A stretch of DNA of 64,000 nucleotides. Origin: Coprobacter sp. (lineage in GTDB: Bacteria > Bacteroidota > Bacteroidia > Bacteroidales > UBA11471). The position numbers were made by a program, and so were the translations under genes. Below, piece by piece: positions 43,602-53,800 of this stretch. Below the pieces are notes generated by a model. It was not told the origin of the DNA, did no database searches, and worked only from the letters and a program-made list of their open reading frames with translations. The stretch is from positions 89,940 to 153,939 of the forward strand of contig JAFTRN010000030.1 in assembly GCA_017462265.1 (NCBI GenBank). The letters run 5' to 3'. Position 1 is the stretch's first letter; each line of letters opens with the position of its first letter.

Positions 43602-45554
43602 CTATAAATTTATTTCGGCTTTTATTTCTTCGAGAGTCATGGTCTGCTCGGTCCACAACTCCATGAGGGTGTCGAGGTCTTTTTTCAGATTTCCGTGACG
43701 CATACACAGGTCTATGTCGGCCATACCCTCGGGGGTGGAGAGGGTTGCCTCTATCGCGCTCACCTCGGCTTCCAGTTTGGCAATGCGTTGCTCGGTATCG
43801 TCGATGGCTCGCTCTTGGCGTTTTATGCGACGTTGCAGTTCTTTTCGGGCTTCGAATGTGAGTTTGTTGTCGCTTTGGACCGGTTTCGACTCCTCTTTTT
43901 TACCCGGGGTAGCCGGCTTGGCTTTCGCCTCCAATTCTTTGAGCGAATCTATTTTCTTGCGCGACAAGAAGTCGTATATGCCACCGAGATGCTCTTTGAT
44001 GCGTTGATTGCCAAACTCGTAAACCTTCGATACCAATCCGTCGAGAAACTCGCGGTCGTGCGATACCACTATCAAGGTGCCGTCGAACTCCTTCAGTGCC
44101 TGTTTCAGCACATCTTTGGTGCGCATATCGAGGTGGTTGGTAGGCTCGTCGAGTATCAGCAGATTTACCGGTTCGAGTAGCAGACGTATCATGGCCAGGC
44201 GCGTCTTTTCTCCTCCCGACAATACTTTTACTTTTTTGTCGGAGGCCTCGCCACCAAACATGAAAGCGCCCAATATATCGCGTATCTTGGTACGAATGTC
44301 GCCTACCGCCACGCGGTCGATGGTATCGAACACGGTGAGCGACTCGTCGAGCAGTTGAGCCTGATTCTGCGCAAAATAGCCTATCTGCACATTGTGCCCG
44401 AGTTTCAATTCTCCATCGTAGGGTATCTCGCCCATGATACATTTTACGAGTGTCGATTTACCCTCGCCGTTTTTACCCACGAAAGCCACTTTTTCGCCCC
44501 GTTTTATGGTAAACTCGGCGTTGGCAAAAACGGTATGCTCCCCATATCGCTTGCCCAAATTTTGGGCTATAACAGGGTAATCGCCCGATCTTGGAGCCGG
44601 TGGAAAGCGCAGCCGCAATCGCGACATATCCACCTCATCTACCTCTATGCGCTCTATCTTTTCGAGCTGTTTGATACGCGACTGCACCTGCACGGCTTTG
44701 GTCGCCTTGTATCGGAACCGTTCTATAAAAGCCTCGGTGTCTTGTATCTGTTTTTGTTGGTTCTCAAAAGCACGTTGTTGCTGTTCGAGGCGTTCGGCGC
44801 GCAACTGCACATATTTAGAGTAGTTCACTCGGTAATCGTAGATATGTCCCAACGATATTTCGATGGTGCGGGTAGTGACATTGTCAATAAAAGCCCGGTC
44901 GTGCGATACGAGTACTACGGCGTTGGCCCGTGTCGAGAGGAATGTTTCGAGCCATTGAATAGATTCTATATCGAGGTGGTTTGTAGGCTCATCGAGCAGC
45001 AATACGTCGGGGCGTTGCAGTAGCAGTTTGGCCAGTTCTATACGCATACGCCACCCGCCACTAAACTCCGCTGTGGGACGATCGAAATCGCTTCTCGTGA
45101 ATCCGAGACCGATAAGTGTCTTTTCTATCTCTGCTTGATAATTGTCCGAACCCGATAGGGTGAGCTGTTCCGTGGCTTGCGTCACACGCTCTATCAACTC
45201 CTGATACGACTCGCTCTCGTAGTCGGTGCGTTCGGCAAGCTCGGTATTCATACGTTCGAGACGGGCCTGCAATTCGTGTATGTGTGCGAATGCCGTAGCC
45301 GCCTCTTCCATTACCGTGCGGCTGTCCGACAGCTGCATCTGTTGGGGCAGATAGCCTATAGTGATATCTTTGGGGCTGTTTACGATACCCGAGGTAGGGG
45401 CTTGCAAGCCGGCTATGATTTTGAGCATAGTCGATTTGCCCGCACCGTTTTTACCTACCAGCGCGATACGGTCTTTCTTGTTGATGACGTATGTAATCTT
45501 GTCGAGCAGCGTGAATCCGCCGAACTCCACGGTTAATCCTTCTATAGATATCAT
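43602..45554 (-). CDS. ABC-F family ATP-binding protein
   Basis: Two ABC domains (GKNGAGKS/FSGGW, GKNGEGKS/LSGGE), DEPTNHLD, no TM segments. Confidence 0.93.
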   Translation of the reverse strand: MISIEGLTVEFGGFTLLDKITYVINKKDRIALVGKNGAGKSTMLKIIAGLQAPTSGIVNSPKDITIGYLPQQMQLSDSRTVMEEAATAFAHIHELQARLERMNTELAERTDYESESYQELIERVTQATEQLTLSGSDNYQAEIEKTLIGLGFTRSDFDRPTAEFSGGWRMRIELAKLLLQRPDVLLLDEPTNHLDIESIQWLETFLSTRANAVVLVSHDRAFIDNVTTRTIEISLGHIYDYRVNYSKYVQLRAERLEQQQRAFENQQKQIQDTEAFIERFRYKATKAVQVQSRIKQLEKIERIEVDEVDMSRLRLRFPPAPRSGDYPVIAQNLGKRYGEHTVFANAEFTIKRGEKVAFVGKNGEGKSTLVKCIMGEIPYDGELKLGHNVQIGYFAQNQAQLLDESLTVFDTIDRVAVGDIRTKIRDILGAFMFGGEASDKKVKVLSGGEKTRLAMIRLLLEPVNLLILDEPTNHLDMRTKDVLKQALKEFDGTLIVVSHDREFLDGLVSKVYEFGNQRIKEHLGGIYDFLSRKKIDSLKELEAKAKPATPGKKEESKPVQSDNKLTFEARKELQRRIKRQERAIDDTEQRIAKLEAEVSAIEATLSTPEGMADIDLCMRHGNLKKDLDTLMELWTEQTMTLEEIKAEINL

Positions 45555-45765
45555 GACTTTTCGGTTTAGAAGTAGTTTTGAGACCTTTTATGCAATTCAA
45601 TACCACCTCTATAAATAATTATCGGTTGTGATGCCGATATTTGCAGTCGCAAAGGTACAAAAACAGATTCTATTTCCGAAATTATTTATTTGGTGTCCAG
45701 AAATATTTCCAAAAGTATTGAGGTAAGAATTTTGTGAAATAAAATGGAAATTTCTATTCAAAATA

Positions 45766-45797
45766 TTTGCTTACGCAAAGACAATTATCTACTTTTG
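45766..45797 (+). promoter_or_regulatory. Bacteroidetes housekeeping promoter of the MBOAT cassette
   Basis: TTTG-N20-TACTTTTG. Confidence 0.6.
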
Positions 45798-46229
45798 CAC
45801 ATATCACTTCCCGGTCATAATCTGTTGGTGGTGATAATATTTACATAAAGGCGTTTACTTGCGCTTTGGTTTTGACACCCTGAAATCCTAGGAAAATTTC
45901 AAAAAACAAGTCAAAAACTAAGCAATGGTGAATGTCCCATGAGTGTGTTATATACACACCACCCGTACCCTCGTGTCATCGGTGTATCAGAGACCATGAC
46001 AATATAGGGTGCGGATATGGTTTATATACATATTCGGCGTGGGGCTTTCGCATTGCTCGTTTCGACTTGTATGGGCATATTCCTAGGAGCCTCGGGGTGT
46101 GAAGCGAGTGATAAGTTCGGAGCTTCACGCTTTTTTGTGTATATATCATTGGTATTATTAACACACGTCATAGGAGCTGGGACGTCACTTATGGTCTCTC
46201 ATATAAATGGAGACGGAACGACTTTAAGT

Positions 46230-47675
46230 ATGCTGTTCAATTCATTAGAATTTTTACTCTATCTTCCGATTGTTTTTTCTTTGTATTGGTTTGTATTCAA
46301 TCAAATACATTGGCAAAATGTTTTAATAGTTATAGCAAGCTATATATTTTATGGATATTGGGACTGGCGTTTTTTACTACTTATTGCAACTACTACAATA
46401 TTCAGTTTCACAGCAGGAGTATTAATAGAACGCTTTGAAACTCGTCGAACACTTCGAAAAGTTATCAGTGGATTAAATATCATTATCAACCTATTGATTC
46501 TATGTATATTTAAATATTATGATTTTTTTGTCGAAAGTTTTGTGGAATTGTTCTCAAATTTCAATATTAAAATAAATTGGACTACATTGAATCTGGTTCT
46601 TCCTGTTGGAATTAGTTTCTACACATTTCAAGCATTAAGTTATAGTATAGACGTATATAAAAAGAAATTACCAGCATGCCGAGATGTTATTGCTTTTTCG
46701 GCCTATATAAGTTTTTTTCCACAACTTGTGGCTGGACCGATAGAACGGGCTACGAATTTACTTCCACAATTTTATAAGAGTCGCCATTTTGATTATAATC
46801 AAGCCATATTAGGCGCTCGTCAGATTCTTTGGGGATTTTTTAAGAAAATTGTAATAGCAGATGGAGCGGCCACAATAATCGATAATATTTGGTGCAATAT
46901 TGAAAGTTATAATAGTACGACACTAATAATAGGAGCGATATTATTTGCATTTCAAATATATGGAGATTTTTCAGGATATTCCGATATCGCTATAGGTCTC
47001 GCCCGACTATTTGGATTCACACTGGTGAAAAATTTCGATTTACCTTATATATCCCGAGATGTCGCAGAATTTTGGCGACGATGGCATATTTCATTAAACA
47101 AATGGTTTATTGATTACATATATATACCTTTGGGGGGGGGAAGTCGAAAAACATTGTTTGTAACAATAAGAAATGTATTTGTAATCTTCTTACTGAGTGG
47201 ATTATGGCATGGTGCTAATTGGACCTATATTGTATGGGGATTGTATCATGCAATATTATTCATTCCGTTACTGCTTTTCCGACGAAATCGCAACAATATA
47301 GGTGTGGTAGCCCCAAATCGGTTGATTCCATCATTAAAAGATTCTTTACAAATTCTGGTAACGTTCCTTTTGGTTACTATCGGTTGGGTTATATTTCGGG
47401 CAGAGAGTTTACAAGATGGGTGGCTTTATCTATCAAGAATGGCGGATATTTCTCAAATAGGAATTCCCAACTTAGATGGTCGATTACTTATGCAATTAGC
47501 TGAGGTAAGCATAGCCATTTTTATATTGATTATAGTGGAATGGTATTATCGTGCAGAAAACATTGTATTGGTTAATATTCCCCCAATAACACAATGGATA
47601 TGCTGGATATTAATAGCTGTTTGGTCGATTTTGTTTTATTCGCCCAATCAAACTTTTATCTATTTCCAGTTTTAG
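46230..47675 (+). CDS. MBOAT family O-acyltransferase (AlgI/PatA/DltB-like)
   Basis: MLFNS start, LPVGISFYTFQ, FFPQLVAGPIER, DFSGYSDIA, FWRRWHISL, SGLWHGANWT; AT-rich. Confidence 0.93.
   Translation: MLFNSLEFLLYLPIVFSLYWFVFNQIHWQNVLIVIASYIFYGYWDWRFLLLIATTTIFSFTAGVLIERFETRRTLRKVISGLNIIINLLILCIFKYYDFFVESFVELFSNFNIKINWTTLNLVLPVGISFYTFQALSYSIDVYKKKLPACRDVIAFSAYISFFPQLVAGPIERATNLLPQFYKSRHFDYNQAILGARQILWGFFKKIVIADGAATIIDNIWCNIESYNSTTLIIGAILFAFQIYGDFSGYSDIAIGLARLFGFTLVKNFDLPYISRDVAEFWRRWHISLNKWFIDYIYIPLGGGSRKTLFVTIRNVFVIFLLSGLWHGANWTYIVWGLYHAILFIPLLLFRRNRNNIGVVAPNRLIPSLKDSLQILVTFLLVTIGWVIFRAESLQDGWLYLSRMADISQIGIPNLDGRLLMQLAEVSIAIFILIIVEWYYRAENIVLVNIPPITQWICWILIAVWSILFYSPNQTFIYFQF
47132..47140 (+). 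repeat. In-frame G9 homopolymer tract
   Basis: CCT TTG GGG GGG GGA AGT encodes PLGGGS. Confidence 0.7.
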
Positions 47676-47712
47676 ATAGTATTTTTCACTTTCTTAAAAT
47701 ATAATTCTGATT

Positions 47713-48684
47713 ATGAAAAAATTTATTCACACATTTCTTTTATTTACAATATTAACTCTTGGTGTATTCGTAATCATTAGTATTGTATTGCCATATAGTA
47801 AAGATGGTTATATTCGAGAACAATTTGTAAAAATGGATTTATTATCAGATACAAGACGAGGTCCATCTATAGTCTTATTAGGTGGTAGTAATTGTGCATT
47901 TGGTTATAAATCTGATTTGTTGGAAAATTCTCTAAAAGTACCTGTAATCAATGCTGGATTACACGCCGGTTTTGGCTTGAAACTAATTGTCGATGATTGT
48001 TTTCGTTATTTACATTCTGGAGATATTCTAGTATTATCTCCGGAGTATTCTCATTTTTTTGAAGAACATACATATGGAGAAAAGCCCTTAGCGGAATTGT
48101 GTTACCTTTCACAAGATTATTTCCGACTATTATGCTATCGGCAACGTATGGTAGTAATAGAGAATCTACCGGCTGTCTTCAGAAGTAATATAGAAAACGC
48201 GGTCGCTACTCAGTTTAATTATCAATTCCAATCTATATATCGTAGTTCGGGATTTAATCGATATGGAGATTTTATCGCTCACCGAGATAAAAATAATGTA
48301 AGTTACCATGGACGTATATCCGTTCATAAACATGAGTCCAAACCTAATATCAAATATTTCAAAGAACTTGTTTCGCAACTCGATACACTTCGACATAGAG
48401 GTGTAGAGGTTGTTTTGTATCCGCCAGCAATAGCTCACTCTGAGTTCATTACTCAATCAAAAAATATTGATTGGGTTAAAATGTCATTACGAAAAGCGGG
48501 TTATTCATTCATTTGTACTCCAGAGGAGACCTCGTATTCCGACAACCTATTTTACGATACGGCCTATCATTTATCTGATTATGGAGCGGAAAAACATACT
48601 AAAAAACTAATTGCACTATTATTGAATCATAAATCAATCGAATCTCCGCATTGTGCCTATAAATCGTCTTATACGGGGCTGTAA
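47713..48684 (+). CDS. SGNH/DltD-AlgJ-like periplasmic partner of the MBOAT
   Basis: N-terminal TM, LLGGSN, INAG, FYDTAYHLS (DxxH-like); directly after the MBOAT. Confidence 0.7.
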   Translation: MKKFIHTFLLFTILTLGVFVIISIVLPYSKDGYIREQFVKMDLLSDTRRGPSIVLLGGSNCAFGYKSDLLENSLKVPVINAGLHAGFGLKLIVDDCFRYLHSGDILVLSPEYSHFFEEHTYGEKPLAELCYLSQDYFRLLCYRQRMVVIENLPAVFRSNIENAVATQFNYQFQSIYRSSGFNRYGDFIAHRDKNNVSYHGRISVHKHESKPNIKYFKELVSQLDTLRHRGVEVVLYPPAIAHSEFITQSKNIDWVKMSLRKAGYSFICTPEETSYSDNLFYDTAYHLSDYGAEKHTKKLIALLLNHKSIESPHCAYKSSYTGL

Positions 48685-48750
48685 TATCTTATGTCGATGG
48701 CATAATGAAATTCCCAAAACTGTATGCTGTATTTTTATCGGACAGTAATA
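48646..48750 (+). repeat. Partial copy of the MITE-like element (type B end)
   Basis: CTTATACGGGGCTGTAATATCTTATGTCGATGGCATAATGAAAT...TTTTATCGGACAGTAATA matches ~7695-7798. Confidence 0.75.
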
Positions 48751-49045
48751 AAATGACATCTTCGATGTATATTATCGAGGCGTCAAATGTTAAAAACCTC
48801 GGAGAGGTTTCTTAGGGGGAAGCCCTACGCATGGGTACCATGAGCACAAGTAAAAGAGAGCAGACGTATTAGAAACGCCAGCTCTCTGGGGTAAGGTTGT
48901 TAAGCACTGACTAAATGGTACGAAACTCGAAAATCGTTTAGTCGAATATTTTGTTCCAAAGCTTACCATGAGGCTGTTGAGGCCGGAATAAACTTATATA
49001 GGGATAACGGATTTCCTTATTAGCGAATTATAATTACCCACAAAA

Positions 49046-49077
49046 AAAGTCTGCGCTCCAATGGGGCGCAGACTTTC
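49046..49077 (-). terminator. Terminator after DPP-III gene
   Basis: AAAGTCTGCGC...GCGCAGACTTT with a T tract on the minus strand. Confidence 0.7.
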
Positions 49078-49110
49078 GTCAGGATTTCGAAATCCTATAA
49101 AAAGTCAATT

Positions 49111-51144
49111 TTAGTCGTTGTAGGTTGGCAGGTGCGAGTAATCGGTGGAGTAGCGAAGCATTTGCTCGGCATAGCCTTCGTCGTATGCTACAGTCACGTC
49201 GGTAATTTCGCCATTGGCATCGGTCACTGCGGTATATACGGGATTGACAAAACCTTTGTAGGGTTTGATGTTCAGTTTTCCATAGCGTTCCAATACCTCG
49301 GCGTGCAAATCACGATCCACTTTCACACCATAATTTTCTACGAGGGCCTTGCCGGCTTCGTAGTCGCCGGTCGATTTTATACGTTGTACCTCGGCCAGTA
49401 ATTCTCCGATGAGGGTGCGCATTTTGTCATAATCGTTTACTACGACATAGCGTTTTCCGTCACGAGTCTTTATTTCGAGCACTTTGTCGTCGGCTCCTTT
49501 TTCGAGAATCCAGCGGGCTATGAGCTGGCGATTGCGCATGTGCGACTCCTCAATGTCCTTACCCGGAACGATGCGCATGAGTTGTGTCATAAGACCATTC
49601 ATCATATAGCGGTAGTATTCGGCTTTGTAGGCCTCCTTATTGGGCAACAATCCGAGTTCCACCATTTTGTCGTCGGCCAGATAGTAGAGCGCAAAGAGGT
49701 CGGCGCGAGTTTCTTCGAGAGCCGAACTGTAGGAGCGCAACGCGTCGGGGCTGGTACCAGGCAATAGTTTGCCCGAGCCATGGCCGAGGCACTCGTGAAG
49801 GTCGGTATGCAGATTATCTACAAGGAATCCATATTCGTTGATGAGCTTACGTTCTTTGTCGCTCCATATAAATTCCTCGCCGAATCCGTTGCCTTGGGCG
49901 GCTTTGTCGTAGGCCGACGTGATATTTTCGATTGTAACCGATTTAGAACCATGAATGTGGCGTATCCAATCGGCGTTGGGCAGGTTTATACCGATGGGAG
50001 TAGAGGGATAGCAATCGCCGGCCAGTATGGCGGCGGTAATCACTTTGGCCGAAACACCTTTTACCTCTTCTTTTTTGAAAGCGGTGTCGATGGGCGAGTT
50101 GTTCTCGAACCATTGGGCGTTTGCACTGATTATTTCGGTGCGGTGCGAGGCCTCGATGTCTTTGAAGTTTACAATCGATTCCCAGCTGCCTTTCAACCCT
50201 ATAGGGTCGCCATATACCTCGGTAAATCCATTTACGAAATCGACTTGAGAATGGTCGGTAACCCACTCTACGGCATATTGGTCGAATGTCTTCAAATCAC
50301 CGCTGCGGTAATAGTCCGACAGGGTTGAGATTACCTCGCGTTGATGGTCGTTCTCGGCCACTTCTGCCGCTTTGTCGAGCCAATAGATAATTTTTTCGAT
50401 GGCTTCGCTGTAGCGACCACCGAGGCGATATACCTGCTCTATGAGCCGGCCGTCGCGTTTCACCAATCGACTGTTTAATCCATAGGATATAGGCATCGTA
50501 TCACCGGGCACTTTCATAGCGTCGTAGAAGGCTTCGGCTTCGGCTTGTGTCACACCATCGTAGTAGTTACAAGCCGAGGTGGCTATGAGGTCGGTTCCGG
50601 CTTCCTGATTTACACGCTTGCACAGCGTATCGGGGTTGAAAATTACCGGGCAGATGTCTCCGAGGAGCTCATCTACGTTACCCTCCTCTTTCAATGGCAG
50701 GGCGGCAGCCGGTAGTGACCGTACAGCGCTTTCGAAGTAGGCTTGACTGAATTCCGGAGTGAATTTGTCGGTGGAGTAGTGGTGGTGTATGCCGTTGGCA
50801 AACCACACCTGTTTCAGGTATTTTTCCAACGCCTTAAACTCTGCATTGTCGCGATCGCCTTCATACTCGGTGTATATGGCTTCGAGGGTACGACGTATAG
50901 CGAGGTTCCATTTACCATTTTGGTCGAAAAGTATATCACGACCTTGCAAGGCGGCTTCGGTAAGGTAATAGACCAATTTTTTTTGTTGTAACGACAGATT
51001 TTCAAATCCGGGTACCCGGTACCGCAGTATCTCCAGGTCGGCAAATTGCTCTACCGTATAGTCGAAATTGTCGGTCGTTTTCGGGGTATCGGCACAGGCC
51101 GATAATAGTGTTGCTGTCATCATAATTCCGATAAGTTTTTTCAT
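49111..51144 (-). CDS. Dipeptidyl peptidase III (M49), lipoprotein
   Basis: HECLGH and EETRAD motifs, lipobox LSAC. Confidence 0.93.
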   Translation of the reverse strand: MKKLIGIMMTATLLSACADTPKTTDNFDYTVEQFADLEILRYRVPGFENLSLQQKKLVYYLTEAALQGRDILFDQNGKWNLAIRRTLEAIYTEYEGDRDNAEFKALEKYLKQVWFANGIHHHYSTDKFTPEFSQAYFESAVRSLPAAALPLKEEGNVDELLGDICPVIFNPDTLCKRVNQEAGTDLIATSACNYYDGVTQAEAEAFYDAMKVPGDTMPISYGLNSRLVKRDGRLIEQVYRLGGRYSEAIEKIIYWLDKAAEVAENDHQREVISTLSDYYRSGDLKTFDQYAVEWVTDHSQVDFVNGFTEVYGDPIGLKGSWESIVNFKDIEASHRTEIISANAQWFENNSPIDTAFKKEEVKGVSAKVITAAILAGDCYPSTPIGINLPNADWIRHIHGSKSVTIENITSAYDKAAQGNGFGEEFIWSDKERKLINEYGFLVDNLHTDLHECLGHGSGKLLPGTSPDALRSYSSALEETRADLFALYYLADDKMVELGLLPNKEAYKAEYYRYMMNGLMTQLMRIVPGKDIEESHMRNRQLIARWILEKGADDKVLEIKTRDGKRYVVVNDYDKMRTLIGELLAEVQRIKSTGDYEAGKALVENYGVKVDRDLHAEVLERYGKLNIKPYKGFVNPVYTAVTDANGEITDVTVAYDEGYAEQMLRYSTDYSHLPTYND

Positions 51145-51209
51145 ATTATCGTCTTTTTGTTTTTGATAAGATATTTGCTGTTATTTGGGTTCTGTTGCGA
51201 TAGGCCTCG

Positions 51210-52394
51210 TTATTCAACATATAAAACAAGTCCTTTCAGATATTCACCTTCGGGGTGATATATATTTACCGGGTGGTCGGCCGGCTGGGTGAGCTGGTGC
51301 AATATGCGCACCTTACGACGAGCCTGAGCGGCCGCGCTGAATACGGCCAGTCTGAAATCGTTCTTGCTTACCGCCTGCGAGCAAGAGAAAGTAAATAAGA
51401 TTCCGCCCGGCTGTATCTTCTCGAATGCCAACGCGTTGAGTTTTCTATACCCTTGCAGGGCGTTGTGCAATACGTTTCTATGCTTGGCAAATGCCGGCGG
51501 GTCGAGTACTATCAAGTCGTAGCGGTCGCCCATTTGTTCGAGGTACTTGAAGGCGTCTTCGGCATAGGCCTCGTGGCGTGTATCGCCGGGGAAATTCAAT
51601 TCCACGTTTTTGTTGGTGAGGTCAATGGCTTTCGATGAGCTATCGACCGAATGTACCAATTTCGCACCGCCTCTCATGGCTGCAAACGAGAATCCCCCCG
51701 TGTAGCAGAACATATTCAGCACCGAGCGATTGCGGGCATATCGTTCGAGCAGGGCGCGATTTTCGCGTTGATCTACAAAGAAGCCTGTTTTCTGCCCTTT
51801 GAGCCAATCGACATGAAATTTCAGACCTCGTTCTATTGCAATGTTTCCGGCATCGCCTCCATACAGATATTCGTTGGTAGCGTCGAGTTGCGCCTTGTAG
51901 GGTAGGGTGGTTTCCGACTTGTAGAAGATACTTTTCAGCCTGTCGCCCATGACCTCTTGCAGGGCTTGAGCCAATATATGGCGGGCATAGTGCATACCCG
52001 GCGAGTGTGCTTGCATTACAGCCGTGTGGTCATATATGTCGATGATGAGTCCCGGTAAGTAATCGCCCTCGCCATGTATCAGTCTGTAGGTGTTGTTATA
52101 CTCCTCATCGATGAGGCCTATACTTTGACGTACATTGTACGCGGCTTGTAATCGTACTTTGTAAAATTCAAGATCGATAGGGGTATCTTCGAATGAGAGT
52201 ATTCTCACGGTGATACTGCCTATTTGGTAGTGTCCTACGGCTATGAAATTACCTTTACTATCGGTTACTTTCACTATATCACCCTCCTCGGGTTGCACGC
52301 TCATACTATGTATGGCACCAGAGAATACCCAAGGGTGGAATCGTTTCAGCGACTCCTCTTTGCCGGGTTTCAGTTTTATTATCGCGTAGTTCAT
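51210..52394 (-). CDS. rlmI: 23S rRNA m5C1962 methyltransferase RlmI-like
   Basis: HPWVFSG PUA domain, GQKTGFFVDQRENR, LDPPAFAK. Confidence 0.85.
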   Translation of the reverse strand: MNYAIIKLKPGKEESLKRFHPWVFSGAIHSMSVQPEEGDIVKVTDSKGNFIAVGHYQIGSITVRILSFEDTPIDLEFYKVRLQAAYNVRQSIGLIDEEYNNTYRLIHGEGDYLPGLIIDIYDHTAVMQAHSPGMHYARHILAQALQEVMGDRLKSIFYKSETTLPYKAQLDATNEYLYGGDAGNIAIERGLKFHVDWLKGQKTGFFVDQRENRALLERYARNRSVLNMFCYTGGFSFAAMRGGAKLVHSVDSSSKAIDLTNKNVELNFPGDTRHEAYAEDAFKYLEQMGDRYDLIVLDPPAFAKHRNVLHNALQGYRKLNALAFEKIQPGGILFTFSCSQAVSKNDFRLAVFSAAAQARRKVRILHQLTQPADHPVNIYHPEGEYLKGLVLYVE

Positions 52395-52418
52395 ATCCGA
52401 AAATTTCAGAACAACTTC

Positions 52419-53738
52419 TTAGAAAAAGAATCGTATTATATCGTTGAGGTTGGCATATATCAGCAAGCCGAAGAGCAGTACCATGCCGGTGATTTGGGCA
52501 TACTCCATGAATTTTTCGTTCGGTTTGCGACGGGCTATCACCTCATAGAGCAGGAACAGTACATGCCCGCCATCAAGAGCCGGAATGGGCAGTATATTCA
52601 TAAATGCCAATATGATGGAGAGGAATGCGGTCATTTGCCAGAAAGCCTCCCAATTCCATACCGAGGGGAATATGCTGCCTATCGTGCCAAATCCGCCGAG
52701 GCTGTTGGCACCCTCTTTGGTGAATACATATTTGAAGTCGCTTACATAGCCCACAAGGGTGTCAAATCCCTTTTTGATACCCTTGGGTATCGACTCGAAA
52801 AATCCATAATATATGGTTTCGGTGGGGTAGAATGTAGTGGCGGGTATCAGCGAAATACCTATTTTGCCCTCTTCGTTTACGGCTACCGACAGGTTTTGTT
52901 TTTCGCCATTGCGCACGAAGGTAATGTCGGTATTCCCGTTTTTATAATTCGACAACTGTGCGGTGAAGTCGGTATAATCCGAGGTAGGTACGCCGTTTAC
53001 GGCAATAATGCTGTCGCCGCTTTGCATTCCGGCGTCATAGGCTCCATATCCGGCTATGGCGTTATCTACCACTACCGGCATACGACACGAGGCAAAACGT
53101 TGGTTCCCACCGAGTAATTGCAACATGAGGTCTTCGGGGAGGGTGAGTGTCACCACTTCACCATTACGCAATACCTCAACCTCTTTGGCTTCGGCTAATG
53201 TGCGAATGGTTTCGCCCGAGAATTCATAGATTTCTTTGCCATCGGCCCTCAGCGGGAGGTCACCATCTACAAATCCGGCATTGTGGGCAATCTCGCTATA
53301 TACCAAGTTCCCTCCGATATTCTTCATCGGCAGTCGGGTTTCACCCCATACCCAGGCTATCATCGAGTAGATAATCAAGGCCAATATGAAATTGTTGATT
53401 ACCCCCGCGGTCATGATGAGCAGTCGCTGCCACGCCGGTTTGGAGCGGAACTCCCACGGCTGTTCGGGTTGAGCCATCTGTTCTTTGTCCATCGATTCGT
53501 CTATCATACCGGCTATTTTTACATAGCCGCCGAAGGGCAACCAACCGATACCATATTCGGTATCGCTGTTTTTGGGTTTGTATTTGAACAGCGAGAACCA
53601 AGGGTCGAAAAAGAGATAAAATTTCTCCACCTTCACCTTGAAAAGGCGAGCAAAGAAAAAGTGCCCCAATTCGTGTATGAATACCAGAATTGAGAGGCTG
53701 AGCATGAGTTGGGCGGCTTTTATCAAAAAAGTTTCCAT
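52419..53738 (-). CDS. rseP: RIP metalloprotease RseP
   Basis: HELGH, PDZ, NILPIPALDGGH. Confidence 0.93.
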   Translation of the reverse strand: METFLIKAAQLMLSLSILVFIHELGHFFFARLFKVKVEKFYLFFDPWFSLFKYKPKNSDTEYGIGWLPFGGYVKIAGMIDESMDKEQMAQPEQPWEFRSKPAWQRLLIMTAGVINNFILALIIYSMIAWVWGETRLPMKNIGGNLVYSEIAHNAGFVDGDLPLRADGKEIYEFSGETIRTLAEAKEVEVLRNGEVVTLTLPEDLMLQLLGGNQRFASCRMPVVVDNAIAGYGAYDAGMQSGDSIIAVNGVPTSDYTDFTAQLSNYKNGNTDITFVRNGEKQNLSVAVNEEGKIGISLIPATTFYPTETIYYGFFESIPKGIKKGFDTLVGYVSDFKYVFTKEGANSLGGFGTIGSIFPSVWNWEAFWQMTAFLSIILAFMNILPIPALDGGHVLFLLYEVIARRKPNEKFMEYAQITGMVLLFGLLIYANLNDIIRFFF

Positions 53739-53800
53739 AAATAATACTGAAGTCAAATATTGTTTTTAGAAGTTGTTTTTAATCTTAGGATAAGATATTT

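Noticed and set aside
46017-46229. N-terminal extension of the MBOAT ORF
   Set aside because: Family-typical start is MLFNS at 46230; the extension lies in the structured leader
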